DNA of 64,000 nucleotides from Candidatus Velesiimonas alkalicola (GCA_013626165.1 NDHX01000007.1:6560-70559), one strand, 5' to 3'; numbered from the stretch's first letter, positions 29,372 through 41,022 are shown. A program made the numbers and translations. The notes: generated by a model not told the origin, from the letters alone.

Positions 29372-31245
29372 ATTCCTGTGTCTCCAAACTTTATTAGTCT
29401 TGCACTGTTAAATACTACAATAATTGAACCAACTGTATGAAGAATTGCTGCAAAAACAGGACCAAGAATTCCTAACCCTGAAAGCAGAAGCCCTGTTACA
29501 ACAAACAAAGCCCCAAACAGAAGATTCTGATTTATTACATTTTTTGACTTTCTTGAAAGAATCACAATGTCAGGGATTCTTCCAAGATCATTATTCATAA
29601 GCGCAATGTTTGCACTATCTATCGCAAGGTCATTTCCTGCTGCTCCCATGGCAATTCCTATGTTACCTGCTGCAAGTGCAGGAGCATCATTGATGCCGTC
29701 GCCTACAACTGCAACATTGTATTTTTGTTTCAGTAGATTAACAATACTCAATTTACGATCAGGCAGGCACTCTGCTTCAACATTTGTGCATCCCAATTCA
29801 TCTGCAACCTTTTTTGCCCTGTTCCACTTATCTCCTGTAAGCATAAATATGTGTTTGCATCCAATTGATTTTAGATGCTGTGTTGCATTTTTTGCATCAT
29901 CCCTTGTTTTATCCTCAATATATATTACGCCTGAAAATCTATTGTCTATAGAAACATAAAGCCCCGCTTCTTCTTCTTCTTTTTCAAGTTCTTTAACTGC
30001 TTCTGTTTCAAGCCATCTGTGTTTTCCTATTTTTATTGTCTTATCCTCAATAATGGCACTTATACCTTTGCCTGCTGTTTCAATGATATTTTTCGTATCT
30101 AAAAATGATATTTCCTTTTGTTTCGCAAAATCGGTTATCGCTTTTGCAACAGGGTGATTGCTGTGCCTTTCTACAGAATAGACATATTTAAGAAGTTCAT
30201 CCTCAGATATATTTTTTGTCTTTATTTTTGAAACTGTTATATCAGCAGTTGTCAGTGTCCCTGTCTTATCAAAAACAACACAAGATATATCTGCCGAAGA
30301 TTCTAATATATTCACATCTTTTATAAGTATACCAAGTCTTGCTGCGGCAGAAAGTGCAGCAACAAGTGCAGTAGGGGTTGCAAGTATCAAGGCACACGGA
30401 CAGGCAACAATGATTGCCGAAATTGCCCTTGTTATATCTTTTGTAAAAAACAATATGAAGCCGGCAATCATAAGAATGGTCGGAACATACCAAACCGAAT
30501 ATTTATCAATAATTCTCATAAAAGGGGTTTTTGTTCTTTCAGCATCTGTGATAAGTTTTTGTATTTTCCCAAGCGTTGTATCCATGCCTACCTTTGTAAT
30601 AGACACATCAATAACTCCATTGAGATTTATTGTCCCTGCAAATACATTATCGCCGATATTCTTATCAGACGGGATAGCCTCCCCTGTTACAGATGCCTCC
30701 TGCACACTTGAATAGCCCGAAACAACCTTCCCATCAGCAGGTATTGATTCGCCAACCCTTACCCTTATTATATCTGAGGGTTTAAGTGTTGATGAGGGAA
30801 CATCTTCTTCTTTTTCCTCTTTTATAAGATGTGCAATTGAAGGAGTAAGATGCATGAGTTTTTCTATAGAGGCTCTTGCGCCTGTGGCTGTTCTTGTAAG
30901 AATCAACTCCGAAAAAAGAAGAAGAAAAGCGACTGTTCCGGCCGTTCTAAAATCCCCGATGGCAAAACACCCTAATATTGCAAGTGCGACAAGTTCAGAC
31001 ATACGCATCCTTGCAGACAATATATCTTTTATCACATTGTAGAATATAGGAATTGAAAGAAGTAGACTTCCCACAAGTGCGGATGCATCTGCTGCTGTTT
31101 GTCCTGATGTAAGAAATTGTTGTGCAAGATATGAATTAAGTATCAGAACCCCCCCTATCAATGTAAGGGCAATCTCAATCCATACAATATTCATCTGAAC
31201 ATTACGTTCAGGAGAACAAGATATAGAAGGTTTATATGTATGCAT
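29368..31245 (-). CDS. P1B-type (heavy-metal-family) P-type ATPase without N-terminal metal-binding domain
   Basis: TGE, CPC, DKTGT, HP, MLTGD, GDGINDAP; TM8 HTVGS..VVFNSARL. Confidence 0.93.
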   Translation of the reverse strand: MHTYKPSISCSPERNVQMNIVWIEIALTLIGGVLILNSYLAQQFLTSGQTAADASALVGSLLLSIPIFYNVIKDILSARMRMSELVALAILGCFAIGDFRTAGTVAFLLLFSELILTRTATGARASIEKLMHLTPSIAHLIKEEKEEDVPSSTLKPSDIIRVRVGESIPADGKVVSGYSSVQEASVTGEAIPSDKNIGDNVFAGTINLNGVIDVSITKVGMDTTLGKIQKLITDAERTKTPFMRIIDKYSVWYVPTILMIAGFILFFTKDITRAISAIIVACPCALILATPTALVAALSAAARLGILIKDVNILESSADISCVVFDKTGTLTTADITVSKIKTKNISEDELLKYVYSVERHSNHPVAKAITDFAKQKEISFLDTKNIIETAGKGISAIIEDKTIKIGKHRWLETEAVKELEKEEEEAGLYVSIDNRFSGVIYIEDKTRDDAKNATQHLKSIGCKHIFMLTGDKWNRAKKVADELGCTNVEAECLPDRKLSIVNLLKQKYNVAVVGDGINDAPALAAGNIGIAMGAAGNDLAIDSANIALMNNDLGRIPDIVILSRKSKNVINQNLLFGALFVVTGLLLSGLGILGPVFAAILHTVGSIIVVFNSARLIKFGDTGI

Positions 31246-31254
31246 AATATTTAA

Positions 31255-31460
<206 letters not shown>

Positions 31461-31468
<8 letters not shown>

Positions 31469-32474
31469 TTTCTCTTCCTATCAATATTCTTATCTGGTCA
31501 GAGGGGCTTGTTCTCTTTATTATATATTTATCCTCTGTTTTTGCTAAAACCCGTTTTATTGTACTCTGCCATAAAAAATTTTTTACAATTTTTGGATTTT
31601 CCTTATATTGTGAAAACAGGCTCTTAAAATAAGATGCATCGGCTCTTGCTTCCTCAATTGTTCTGTTGCTGTATATCCTTGCATCTTCAAGAACAGATGT
31701 GGCGACCCCTCTTGCCTGTTCCAATGTTTTGCTATAATATCCGAGTGCCTCATTGATTTTTCGTCCCCTTTCCTGTCCTGCCCTGATAACCTCTTCAAAA
31801 TCTCTCTTCACAAAGAAAGGAGGAGATATGTCTTCAAGGTCAATTCTTTCTATGATTATTCCGGAATTGATTTTTTCCAATTGGCCCTGAACATTTTTCC
31901 TTATAAGTTCTACAGCCTTGTGTCTTTCAAACATAGCAATATCTACAGCCAGACTCGCATATACTTTTACGGCTTCAGACTCAATAATACGGGATAACAC
32001 ATATTCAGGATTTGCAATTTCTAAATATGCGATAGGGTCTGATATCTTATATCTTGCAGTAAGATTTATATTAATAATATTTGTATCTGCTGTTAGAACA
32101 TATCCATCAATATCCGGTTTAAGTGTAGAACGAGCCTGTTCTCTACCTGTTCTGTCCCAGAAGCAGTTTATCTGAAGTGTATGGACACGTCCTGTTGGAA
32201 CTTTAACAACCTCATCTACCAGATATGGAAAAGCCCAGTGAAGGCCTGGGGATAATACCCTTTCTGCTGGTAGCCCTCTAATCTTCCCGAACCTTAAAAC
32301 TATCGCAGACTCATACTGTTCTACTGTAAATATTGAGGATAAGAAGAAAATCAAAAGAGCCAATCCCATAAGAATCTGAAGCAGCTTGAAACTTACACTC
32401 AGTGCTTCCGATAGTGCGCCCATAGGTGTCTGTTGACCATTTTTAAGTTGTTCTTCTTTCTTTTCCATATCCAC
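31461..32474 (-). CDS. SPFH (HflK-like) membrane protein
   Basis: TM helix, VLRFGK, PGLHWAFPY.VDEV, LTAD.NI, PP..V...F.EV..A.QE coiled coil. Confidence 0.88.
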
Positions 32475-32511
32475 ATCTTTTATAAAGAAATACGAACACT
32501 AAATAACAAGG

Positions 32512-32563
32512 AGATAGTAGAGAGGAAATGGAGCCCCCTACCTACTACCTACTATCTACTATC
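32512..32563. repeat. Short inverted heptamer element including the hflC-like stop
   Basis: agatagtag ... ctacctactacctactatctactat. Confidence 0.7.
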
Positions 32564-33436
32564 TTTTTCTCCTTCTAATAAATCAAAAGGGGGGGTTCTT
32601 GTATCAAGAATAACCGTAGATTTCTGTTTCAGCGTCTCTTCTAATGCTTCAAGTTTTTTTAAAAATATTGCAAATTCTTCGTTTTCCTTAAATACTTCAT
32701 AATACTTTGCAGCTTCTGCATCTGCCTGTCCTTTTATTATCCTACCTTGCGATTCTGCCCGTACAATAATCTTTTCTTTTTCAGAGTCTGCCATTGCTCT
32801 TATTCGTATGGCTTCGGCCTCTCCTTCTGCTCTGTATTTTTTTGAGAGCCTTTTTCTTTCTTCCCTCATTCTCTCAAATACCTTTTCAGTTACAGCTTCT
32901 GGAAGAAGAAGTCTTTTTATCTTGAAAAAAGCAATCTCTATACCATATCTTTCATATGACTCTTTTGCAACAGGTCTTAAAATATCTTCTTCTATCTGGT
33001 CAAATTTCATTTTTTCCCTATCAGTAGAAATAAAACTGCTTAAGGGGTATGTTCCTATAACAGCATTCTGATAACTTCTTACCAGCCCTTCAAGATTTTT
33101 TTGTGCTTCATAAAAATTCCCAAGACTGGTAAGAAATTTTAAAGGATCTTTTATTCTCCAAGCTACAGTCCCAAGCACAATTATATTTTTTGCATCCTTT
33201 GTAAATGTCTCTTCAATTCGTCCGTCAAAAACCTGCAACCTTGCATCAAACTTACGAACCTTTTGCACAGGGAAAGGAAACTTAAAATAAAGCCCGGCTT
33301 CTGTGATACTTCTTGTTGGTTTATCAAATGTTGTTACAACCGCAACCTCTCCAAATCTTACCTGAAATGTAATTGCGGTAAGTAAAAGTATGATGCCGAC
33401 TATTGCGGCAACCATTATTGAAAAAATAGATTTCAT
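32552..33436 (-). CDS. SPFH (HflC-like) membrane protein
   Basis: AGLYFK.P.P.Q.V..FD.R, T.D.K, WRI.DP..F, VFERM..ER....YRAEG. Confidence 0.9.
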   Translation of the reverse strand: MKSIFSIMVAAIVGIILLLTAITFQVRFGEVAVVTTFDKPTRSITEAGLYFKFPFPVQKVRKFDARLQVFDGRIEETFTKDAKNIIVLGTVAWRIKDPLKFLTSLGNFYEAQKNLEGLVRSYQNAVIGTYPLSSFISTDREKMKFDQIEEDILRPVAKESYERYGIEIAFFKIKRLLLPEAVTEKVFERMREERKRLSKKYRAEGEAEAIRIRAMADSEKEKIIVRAESQGRIIKGQADAEAAKYYEVFKENEEFAIFLKKLEALEETLKQKSTVILDTRTPPFDLLEGEKDSR

Positions 33437-35334
33437 CGTTTGTTTTCCTCCTTTTCCATAAAAAGCATCTCAGGCGTAACTTTTTCTTCCAAATTTATAA
33501 CTGTTATCCTGCCAGCAGATACACCAGATGGAAGTATGTATTTTCTGGTAGGCGAGAGCGCTATTTTTAAACTATCAAGATACAATTTCATCCTGTAGTA
33601 TAATGGAACAACCCTTTCTGATAATAACCGCTGTGAAAATCTCTCAGCATCAGAAGAAGCAAGAAGAACTGTCCTTGCGGCATAACTTTCTGATTGATAG
33701 ATAAGAGAGGCAGCATTTGCACTTGCAATAGGAAGTAGCGCCGCTCTGTAGCCCTTCGCCCTAAGAATGGATGTTTCTTTCTGTTCCATTGACGCTATTA
33801 CACCTTGATATGCATCGACAACATGTACAGGCGGATGCATGCTCGCAGGCAAAACATTTACAATCTGTATCCCTAAGTTATATCTGTCAGCAAAGTCCTG
33901 AATTGAATGTTTTAAGCCTCTTGCAAATTCCATTCTTCCACTTGTCATAGCGTCTATAATATCAAGACTTGCAGACTTTCTTACGGCATTCCTGTATGCA
34001 ATGTTTCTTAAAACCGCAACTGGATTTGAGGTGCTGTATGCATACAAATGGACATCTCTAATTTTATATTGGACCTGAATATCCATACAGATAATGTTTG
34101 CAACAGCCATGTCTTCTTCCTGCGTCTTTCCTGCGACAAGAAATGAATGTTCCATTTCATAGTGTGCTTTGGTCCACAGATATGCCCCTCTGGCTTTTTC
34201 ATGTTCCTCATCTTCACAGCCCAACCACATAACCTGCACCTTATCAAAAGGATATGTATAGACCTTTTCAATAGGAAAAGGCCACTTAAAATGAATCCCC
34301 GGTAAAAGGACCTCGCCATATTTTCTTGGTTTTCCGAAACGTTCTACAATGGCTCTTTCTCCCGGACCCACAGTTACCACAACGGTAAGTAAAAGAAAAG
34401 CCCCTGCCTGAAAAAGTATAAGAGGAGCGAGAATCTTCTCAAAAAAACTGAAAAGCCATACCTGTGAGACCTTAAACCCAAACTGATAATTAAGTGACTC
34501 CAGTATTGCACCGGTTATATTCTTTGGCTTTACAAGAAGACACAGTATTCTGCTTTCATATAAAAAATATTTAGATGCTTCAGTCTTTGGCCTGTAAATC
34601 TCAAGTATAAAACAGACCAGTTTCTCTGCTCCAAGAACAGCAAGCAGTATAAATATTAAAAAAGAAAAAACTTTCTCTTGCACCTGAAAACCAAAATGGA
34701 AAAGCGAAGATGAAATACCTGATACAAAACATAAAAGAGCACCTGCAAGCATAACAGAAGAACCGGCCCGCAGGGGCTTGCATAATAAACTTTCGCTTAA
34801 ACATGCCGAAAACTTACCAAGTAAAAAAAGAAAGAAACTTAAGGGGAAAAGAAATGCTGCTGAAAGAGCCGGATTTTTGATAATAAAAGCAGGATCTGTT
34901 AAAACATTGAAATATATAAAAGAAAGATACAGGCTAAAGGTCGCTATCAGTATTGAAAATACAGGGACAACCCACTTTTCAACCTGTTTTAATCTCTCTT
35001 TTGCACTGTAGACTGATGAGATCTGTTCAAAAATTTTTGACTTATCTTCATATCTGCTTTTAAGTTCCTCTTCTTCAATCTGTTCAAGCAGTGCAAGTTT
35101 TTGCTGATGAATATGTAAAATAACAATGAGCCAAACAGGCATACCAGAAACAAGATATAAGGCAAGCCCTTTTTGAAGAACAGAGAGATTTGTTGCAGAA
35201 AGAATAAGAACAGATATTGCGGCAATAGACTGCAGAATAAGCCCAGAGATTGAAACCTTTAAACCGGTTCTGCACAAATATATCCCTTTTTCAACTGTAT
35301 CTCTATTCTGAACCTTGATATCTAATGTTTGCAT
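33433..35334 (-). CDS. Polytopic membrane domain fused to an HflK-like SPFH domain
   Basis: About 300 aa multi-TM N-terminus, then ERFGKP...PGIHFKWPFPIEKV and HPP..V..AYQ.V. Confidence 0.85.
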   Translation of the reverse strand: MQTLDIKVQNRDTVEKGIYLCRTGLKVSISGLILQSIAAISVLILSATNLSVLQKGLALYLVSGMPVWLIVILHIHQQKLALLEQIEEEELKSRYEDKSKIFEQISSVYSAKERLKQVEKWVVPVFSILIATFSLYLSFIYFNVLTDPAFIIKNPALSAAFLFPLSFFLFLLGKFSACLSESLLCKPLRAGSSVMLAGALLCFVSGISSSLFHFGFQVQEKVFSFLIFILLAVLGAEKLVCFILEIYRPKTEASKYFLYESRILCLLVKPKNITGAILESLNYQFGFKVSQVWLFSFFEKILAPLILFQAGAFLLLTVVVTVGPGERAIVERFGKPRKYGEVLLPGIHFKWPFPIEKVYTYPFDKVQVMWLGCEDEEHEKARGAYLWTKAHYEMEHSFLVAGKTQEEDMAVANIICMDIQVQYKIRDVHLYAYSTSNPVAVLRNIAYRNAVRKSASLDIIDAMTSGRMEFARGLKHSIQDFADRYNLGIQIVNVLPASMHPPVHVVDAYQGVIASMEQKETSILRAKGYRAALLPIASANAASLIYQSESYAARTVLLASSDAERFSQRLLSERVVPLYYRMKLYLDSLKIALSPTRKYILPSGVSAGRITVINLEEKVTPEMLFMEKEENKR

Positions 35335-35337
35335 TGC

Positions 35338-36291
35338 CTACACTTCCCTTTCTTCAAAAAGCAATATTCCAATAATTATAGCGGCACATACATATAGCAC
35401 TGTATATAAAAATGCATTAAAGATATAGATGGTTGGAATTGTCTTTTCAAATATCAATGCATCTGCCATCCAGAAAATCTGGAAATTTGGAATTATAGCA
35501 TAAAAGAATGTAAAAATAGGTGCGCTTGCGAATTCTCCCAATATAAAATCAGATACGAGTCCTGTTATAAATATAGAAACAGATATCAATATTGTTAAAA
35601 CAAGATTCAATCTTGTAGAAAGTGCAAGGCATACTGACGATATAATAAGGCTGGATAAGGCAATAAGAGCACAGGCTTTGACAAGTTCTAAGTTCAGGTT
35701 ACGAGCAAATGCCAGGTTCCAATCAGGCCCTATAAACAACAAAAATATTATACCCATTGTATAAAAAAATGCAAGAGAAAGTATAAGGCAGGACCTAAAA
35801 GGCTTATCATAAAAATAGTTGACAAAACAGGCAAATAAAAATGAGAGAAAAAGACCGAACAGTTTAACAAACATACTTGTCGTATCAAGCCTTTGCCATG
35901 CAGCATCAAGAACCCCTGCTCTTACTGTCACAATAAGCACTATGCTTAATATATAAACTGAAAGAAGTACTGAAAACAATAAACCTATAGATTTGCCTAT
36001 AATAAACCCCGCTCTCGTAATGGGTTTTGAAAGAACTGTCTGGGCGGTCCTACCTTCAATTTCGGATGATATAGAGGAGGAGGATGAAAAGCCGCTTATT
36101 AGAAGAGAACAGAGAAGGATAGAGGCAAGACCTGTGTCCATAACCATCTTTCCACTTTCTGCAAGTGTGAACATTGTAAAGGCAGGGCTTGCAGCGATAA
36201 GTCCCAGAAACACAAACAGTATTATTGAAAAAAATCCCTGACGGATAATTTCTAAAAATGTATTAAAAGAAATTATAATAATCTGCCTCAT
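35338..36291 (-). CDS. ABC-2-type permease
   Basis: I..NTF.EIIRQ, EIE.RT..TVLSKPI.R..FI.GK, C-terminal F..RE. Confidence 0.85.
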   Translation of the reverse strand: MRQIIIISFNTFLEIIRQGFFSIILFVFLGLIAASPAFTMFTLAESGKMVMDTGLASILLCSLLISGFSSSSSISSEIEGRTAQTVLSKPITRAGFIIGKSIGLLFSVLLSVYILSIVLIVTVRAGVLDAAWQRLDTTSMFVKLFGLFLSFLFACFVNYFYDKPFRSCLILSLAFFYTMGIIFLLFIGPDWNLAFARNLNLELVKACALIALSSLIISSVCLALSTRLNLVLTILISVSIFITGLVSDFILGEFASAPIFTFFYAIIPNFQIFWMADALIFEKTIPTIYIFNAFLYTVLYVCAAIIIGILLFEEREV

Positions 36292-36392
36292 TTATCAGAA
36301 TCACCTGTGAGCATAACCATCCGCTTGTGTTATTCCCCTTAAAACTTGTCTTTATGAAAAATCAGGAACAGGGAATGCTCTTCTTCGTTATC

Positions 36393-37292
36393 TTAAAAAT
36401 GTGTTAGAAACTCAAATTCTCTGTATCTTTTTTTTATAGAAGACAGGTTTAACTGTTTTAACCTGTTTAAACTGAAATCCTCCACACAAAACGATGCAAG
36501 CACGGTCCCATACACCACAGAATGTTTAAGTGTTGCTTCGTCCATTTTATCTTGCTTTGTAAGATACCCTATCATCCCGCCCGCAAAACTATCTCCTGCG
36601 CCTGTTGGGTCAAACAGTTCCTCCAATGGATATGCGGGGATGGAAAAAAAATCACTCTTTATTAACATCATTGCACCATGTTCACCCTTTTTTATTACGA
36701 TAATCTGTGGTCCAAGTCTTTTAATTGCTCTTGCGGCCTTCATCAGATTGGGTTCCTGTGTAAGTTTTCTTGCTTCTACATCATTAAGTATAAAAAGATT
36801 AACATCCTTTAGAAGTTTCAACAGTTGTGCTTTTTTGTTTTCTATCCAGTAATTCATTGTATCGCAGGCAGTAACCTTAGGAGAATGGATCTGTTTTAAT
36901 ATGTTTCTCTGCAATTCTGGGTCTATATTGGCAAGAAATATATACTGACTGTGCCTGTAATCTTGAGGAAGGGTTGGATTAAAGTCTTTAAATACATTAA
37001 GGTGTGTCCATATGGTGCGAGCCTCGTTCAGGTCATATGCATATGCTCCTTTCCATCTGAATGTTTTTCCATTACCGGTCTTAAGCCCGTCTGTATTTAT
37101 CTTCCTTGATAAGAAAAGATGGACATATTCCTTCGGGAAGTCTGTCCCGACAACTGCAACAAGATTAACAGGTGTAAAAAAACTTGCAGCAACAGAAAAA
37201 TATGATGCAGAACCGCCCAATACCTCTTTTACCTCACCCTTCGGTGTCTTTACGGTATCAAGACCTACTGAACCAACAACAAGAAGTTTCAT
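36393..37292 (-). CDS. PfkB family sugar/nucleoside kinase
   Basis: GGSA.Y, K.GEHG, DPTGAGDSFAGG. Confidence 0.93.
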   Translation of the reverse strand: MKLLVVGSVGLDTVKTPKGEVKEVLGGSASYFSVAASFFTPVNLVAVVGTDFPKEYVHLFLSRKINTDGLKTGNGKTFRWKGAYAYDLNEARTIWTHLNVFKDFNPTLPQDYRHSQYIFLANIDPELQRNILKQIHSPKVTACDTMNYWIENKKAQLLKLLKDVNLFILNDVEARKLTQEPNLMKAARAIKRLGPQIIVIKKGEHGAMMLIKSDFFSIPAYPLEELFDPTGAGDSFAGGMIGYLTKQDKMDEATLKHSVVYGTVLASFCVEDFSLNRLKQLNLSSIKKRYREFEFLTHF

Positions 37293-38569
37293 TTAAAATA
37301 TTCCTCTACCAATTTTATCGCACAATACTTACCACACATAGTGCATACATCTGAAAAAATAGGACGAGAACTTTTACGAATCTTAAATGGTTTTACAGGG
37401 TCTATAGCCAATTCCATCTGTTTTTTCCAGTCTCTTTTTTTTCTTGCAATGGAAATTTTTTTATCCCATTCTATTGCACCGGGTATATTCTTTGCTATAT
37501 CGGCACAGTGTGCTGCAATTCTTGCTGCAATTATTCCTTCTTGGACATCTTCAAGAGAGGGAAGTCTTAAATGTTCCGATGGTGTAACATAACACAAGAA
37601 ATCTGCTCCTGCTGATGCCGCAACCGCACCACCTATCGCAGATGTAATATGGTCATAACCAGGAGCAATATCTGTAACAAGTGGCCCAAGCACATAAAAC
37701 GGAGCGCCCTGGCACAGTTTTTTCTGAAGAATAACATTCGGCACAATCTGGTCAATCGGCATATGACCGGGCCCTTCAACCATAACCTGAACACCTGCGC
37801 TTTGCGCTTTTTTACATAATTCGCCCAATATAATCAACTCCTGAAACTGTCCCCTGTCACTTGCATCTGCAACACAACCGGGTCTTAATCCGTCTCCTAA
37901 TGACAGGACAATATCATGTTTTCTTGCAATATCAATAATCTTATCAAATTTTTCATAAAGCGGATTTTCTCTTTTATTATATATCATCCATTCAATAAGA
38001 AGTGCACCACCTCTGCTTACCACATCAAGTATCCTGCCTTGTTTTTTTATCCTTTCTACAGACTCTAATGTTATGCCACAGTGGACAGTCTGAAAATCCA
38101 CACCCTCTTGTGCCTGTTTTTCAATTGCATTGAACAGGTCATCTTCTGTCATTGTTTTAAGGCCGCCTCTTCTGCTTGCAGCAATAACAGCGGCCTCATA
38201 CATTGGAACAGTTCCAAGCGGAACCTTACAATTTCTTAATATATCTTTTCTTATCTTTGTTAAATCCCCGCCTGTGCTTAAATCCATAACAGCATCAGCA
38301 CCCGCTGATATACAGATTTTAAGTTTTTTAGCCTCATATTTTATATCCACAACATCTGTGGATGTTCCGATATTGGCATTAACCTTTGTCCTTAATCCTT
38401 CGCCTATTGCACAGGGTTTTTCAATGTTTTTATTTGTATTTGAAAGCAAAATAACCCTGCCTTCTGCAATTTTTTTCCTTAATATTTCAGGGTCTGTTTT
38501 TTCAATTTTTGCAACCCTTTGCATTATTGAACTTATTTTACCTTTTCTTGCTATCTCTAACTGCGTCAT
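37289..38569 (-). CDS. thiC: Phosphomethylpyrimidine synthase
   Basis: KVNANIGTS, MDLSTGG, SRGG, EGPGH, YVTP.EHL, CTMCG..C. Confidence 0.98.
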   Translation of the reverse strand: MTQLEIARKGKISSIMQRVAKIEKTDPEILRKKIAEGRVILLSNTNKNIEKPCAIGEGLRTKVNANIGTSTDVVDIKYEAKKLKICISAGADAVMDLSTGGDLTKIRKDILRNCKVPLGTVPMYEAAVIAASRRGGLKTMTEDDLFNAIEKQAQEGVDFQTVHCGITLESVERIKKQGRILDVVSRGGALLIEWMIYNKRENPLYEKFDKIIDIARKHDIVLSLGDGLRPGCVADASDRGQFQELIILGELCKKAQSAGVQVMVEGPGHMPIDQIVPNVILQKKLCQGAPFYVLGPLVTDIAPGYDHITSAIGGAVAASAGADFLCYVTPSEHLRLPSLEDVQEGIIAARIAAHCADIAKNIPGAIEWDKKISIARKKRDWKKQMELAIDPVKPFKIRKSSRPIFSDVCTMCGKYCAIKLVEEYFK

Positions 38570-38610
38570 AATTTCCTGCCACCAGTTACCGGTTACCAGT
38601 CACCTTGTTT

Positions 38611-41004
38611 TTAAAATCTATGTGCCATACTAAAATAATACTGGGGCTTTTTTTCCTCCCCCCGTATAGTATCCAGCGGAAAACCAATATCTAAATTTAC
38701 AGGACCTATAGGAGTTTTTACTCTTATACCGACGCCTACGCCTGAAACAATATCACCAAAATCTACATCGCCCGGCTTTGCCCATACATAACCTGCATCA
38801 TAGAATGCTGCACCTCTGAAGTGCTCTCCAAAAAGAGGGAAATTTATCTCTATGTTTCCAAGCCATAAAACATCTCCACCTATCATATCTCCTGAAAGAA
38901 TATCCTGAGGACCTACTGCCCTTTCTCTATAACCCCTTATGGTAGTTCCTCCTCCTGCATAGAATCTGTCATATATAGGCACATTTCGTGTATCACCAAA
39001 GGCCTGGGCATATCCACCCCTTGTTGAAAGTTTTAAAACCCATTTAGGGTATAATGAATAAAATATATCATAACCGGCCTGATAGATTGTATAATCTTTA
39101 TCACCCCCAAAAGGCCCTCCGGCTACTCTTGTAGAAACAAATGTAGTATAACCCTTTGTTGGGTTAAAGATATTATCCCTTGTATCCCGGCTCAGTTTTA
39201 ATTCAGGACCGCTTATAAGATATGTTCCCTCTTCATCTTTTAGCGCCTGAGATGCAAGCCCGACAATATTTGATATTTCAACCTCTTCTAAACGATATGT
39301 GGTATCCCACCTTGTATATTCTAAAAACTCTTGCCCTAATCTTAAAGCACCGCCTGTTCTTCTTTCTTCAAAACCACGACCTGCCCTTCTTCCTCTTCCA
39401 CGTGTTCTGTCATAAATGTCAAAACCAAAAAGAAGGGGCTCACCCAAAAACCATGGTTCTGTGAAATTGAGTTCATAGTTCTGACGGGTTTCTGCAATGT
39501 CAAGATAGAGTTTTAATATCTGTCCTCCGCCGGTAAATGTGGGCCAGTTTAGAAGGTCAAAGTTCCTTTGTGTGATGCTTGCAAATCCTAATAATCCATC
39601 AACGGTGCTATATCCTGCGCCAATTGCAAATTCACCTGTCTTTGTCTCTTTTACCCGGACCACAAGGTCCTTCTGGTCCGGAATATCTATATCTAATATC
39701 TGATAACTTATCTCTTCAAAATAGCCGAGGTTATGAAGTCTTTCCTTGCTTTTTTTTAATTTTTCACCGTCAAAAATATCGCCCGGGTATATCTTCAGTT
39801 CTCTTCTTATAACCTCATCTTTTGTTTTTACATTCCCTTTTATATCTATGAGCCTTACCCTATACACATCACCTTCTGCAATAACATATCCGATATCCAT
39901 TCTCTGGGTTTTTCTATTGAATGCGGTTTTTGCCCTTATCCTTGCTGAGATATATCCGCGTTCAAAATAATATGACTGTATATTTCTGATATCTGCATCC
40001 AGCCCCTCTTCACTGAATATAGTTCCTGTTTTCATATTAAGCCTTGAAATAAGTTCATCTTCTGTGACAATTTCATTGCCCGATACCGTGATATCCCCGA
40101 TAATATACTTTTCACCTTCATCAATAATTATTGTAAGATAAAGGAGGTTGTCCTTCTGTTCTATTTTAGAATCTACTTTTACATCCAAAAATCCCTGCGA
40201 ACGATAAAAAGACTGGATTCTGTTAACATCTTCTCTAAGAACATCCCTTTTTATAAAACCGGATGAGAAAAGAGTGCGTCTTCTGGTTTTTATAATCCTT
40301 AATATTCTTCTATCGGGAAATGCGAAGTTGCCTTCTACCTTAATATCTTTTATTCGTACCCTCTGCCCTTCATTTATTATAAACTTTACAGACGCCCTTT
40401 GTTCTTCATCCTGCATCTGTATGTAATATGTAACATCTACATCGGCCCATCCTTTATCAATATAAAGTTTTTTTATCTTTAGACTATCCCGCCGCACCTT
40501 TCCAGGATCAAGTATTTCTATAATCTTGCTTTCTATTGTTGCTGTTAAAAGCCTGGACCTTATATTTTTATTGCCCTCAAACTCAATAGAAGATATGACT
40601 GCTTTTTCAACTACTATAAAAATTATTTTAATATCATCTTCAACATCTTCTACATTAACACTTATATCTGAGAAGAAGCCAGTGGCATAAAGCCTTCTTA
40701 TATCCTCACTTAAAACATCCTGTGAAAAGCTCCGGCCTGCTTGCAATTTTATCTTTGATAAAATAACATCTGTACTTACATTCCTATTCCCTTTTATTTC
40801 AAGTTCCCTTACTGTACGGGTTGGGATAGCAACCGCTTTTTCAAAATTTATCCCAACCTCTTTATCGGGGAAAATATCTTCTTGTTCCTGCTCCCATTCT
40901 GCTTTTTCCTCTTTCTGTTGAGCCAGTAAAGACCTTGTTATAGAAGTACTGGAAAAAATAAAGCAAACTAAAAATATATATACTATCATCCTGTATATCC
41001 GCAT
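38611..41004 (-). CDS. bamA: Outer membrane protein assembly factor BamA
   Basis: Signal peptide, POTRA repeats, RFYAGG..TIRGY, terminal Phe. Confidence 0.95.
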   Translation of the reverse strand: MRIYRMIVYIFLVCFIFSSTSITRSLLAQQKEEKAEWEQEQEDIFPDKEVGINFEKAVAIPTRTVRELEIKGNRNVSTDVILSKIKLQAGRSFSQDVLSEDIRRLYATGFFSDISVNVEDVEDDIKIIFIVVEKAVISSIEFEGNKNIRSRLLTATIESKIIEILDPGKVRRDSLKIKKLYIDKGWADVDVTYYIQMQDEEQRASVKFIINEGQRVRIKDIKVEGNFAFPDRRILRIIKTRRRTLFSSGFIKRDVLREDVNRIQSFYRSQGFLDVKVDSKIEQKDNLLYLTIIIDEGEKYIIGDITVSGNEIVTEDELISRLNMKTGTIFSEEGLDADIRNIQSYYFERGYISARIRAKTAFNRKTQRMDIGYVIAEGDVYRVRLIDIKGNVKTKDEVIRRELKIYPGDIFDGEKLKKSKERLHNLGYFEEISYQILDIDIPDQKDLVVRVKETKTGEFAIGAGYSTVDGLLGFASITQRNFDLLNWPTFTGGGQILKLYLDIAETRQNYELNFTEPWFLGEPLLFGFDIYDRTRGRGRRAGRGFEERRTGGALRLGQEFLEYTRWDTTYRLEEVEISNIVGLASQALKDEEGTYLISGPELKLSRDTRDNIFNPTKGYTTFVSTRVAGGPFGGDKDYTIYQAGYDIFYSLYPKWVLKLSTRGGYAQAFGDTRNVPIYDRFYAGGGTTIRGYRERAVGPQDILSGDMIGGDVLWLGNIEINFPLFGEHFRGAAFYDAGYVWAKPGDVDFGDIVSGVGVGIRVKTPIGPVNLDIGFPLDTIRGEEKKPQYYFSMAHRF

Positions 41005-41022
41005 ATTTATTCCCCTTTATTT

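Noticed and set aside
38570-38610. TPP riboswitch before thiC
   Set aside because: Only about 40 bp, filled by CCAGTTA-type repeats; no TPP aptamer motif
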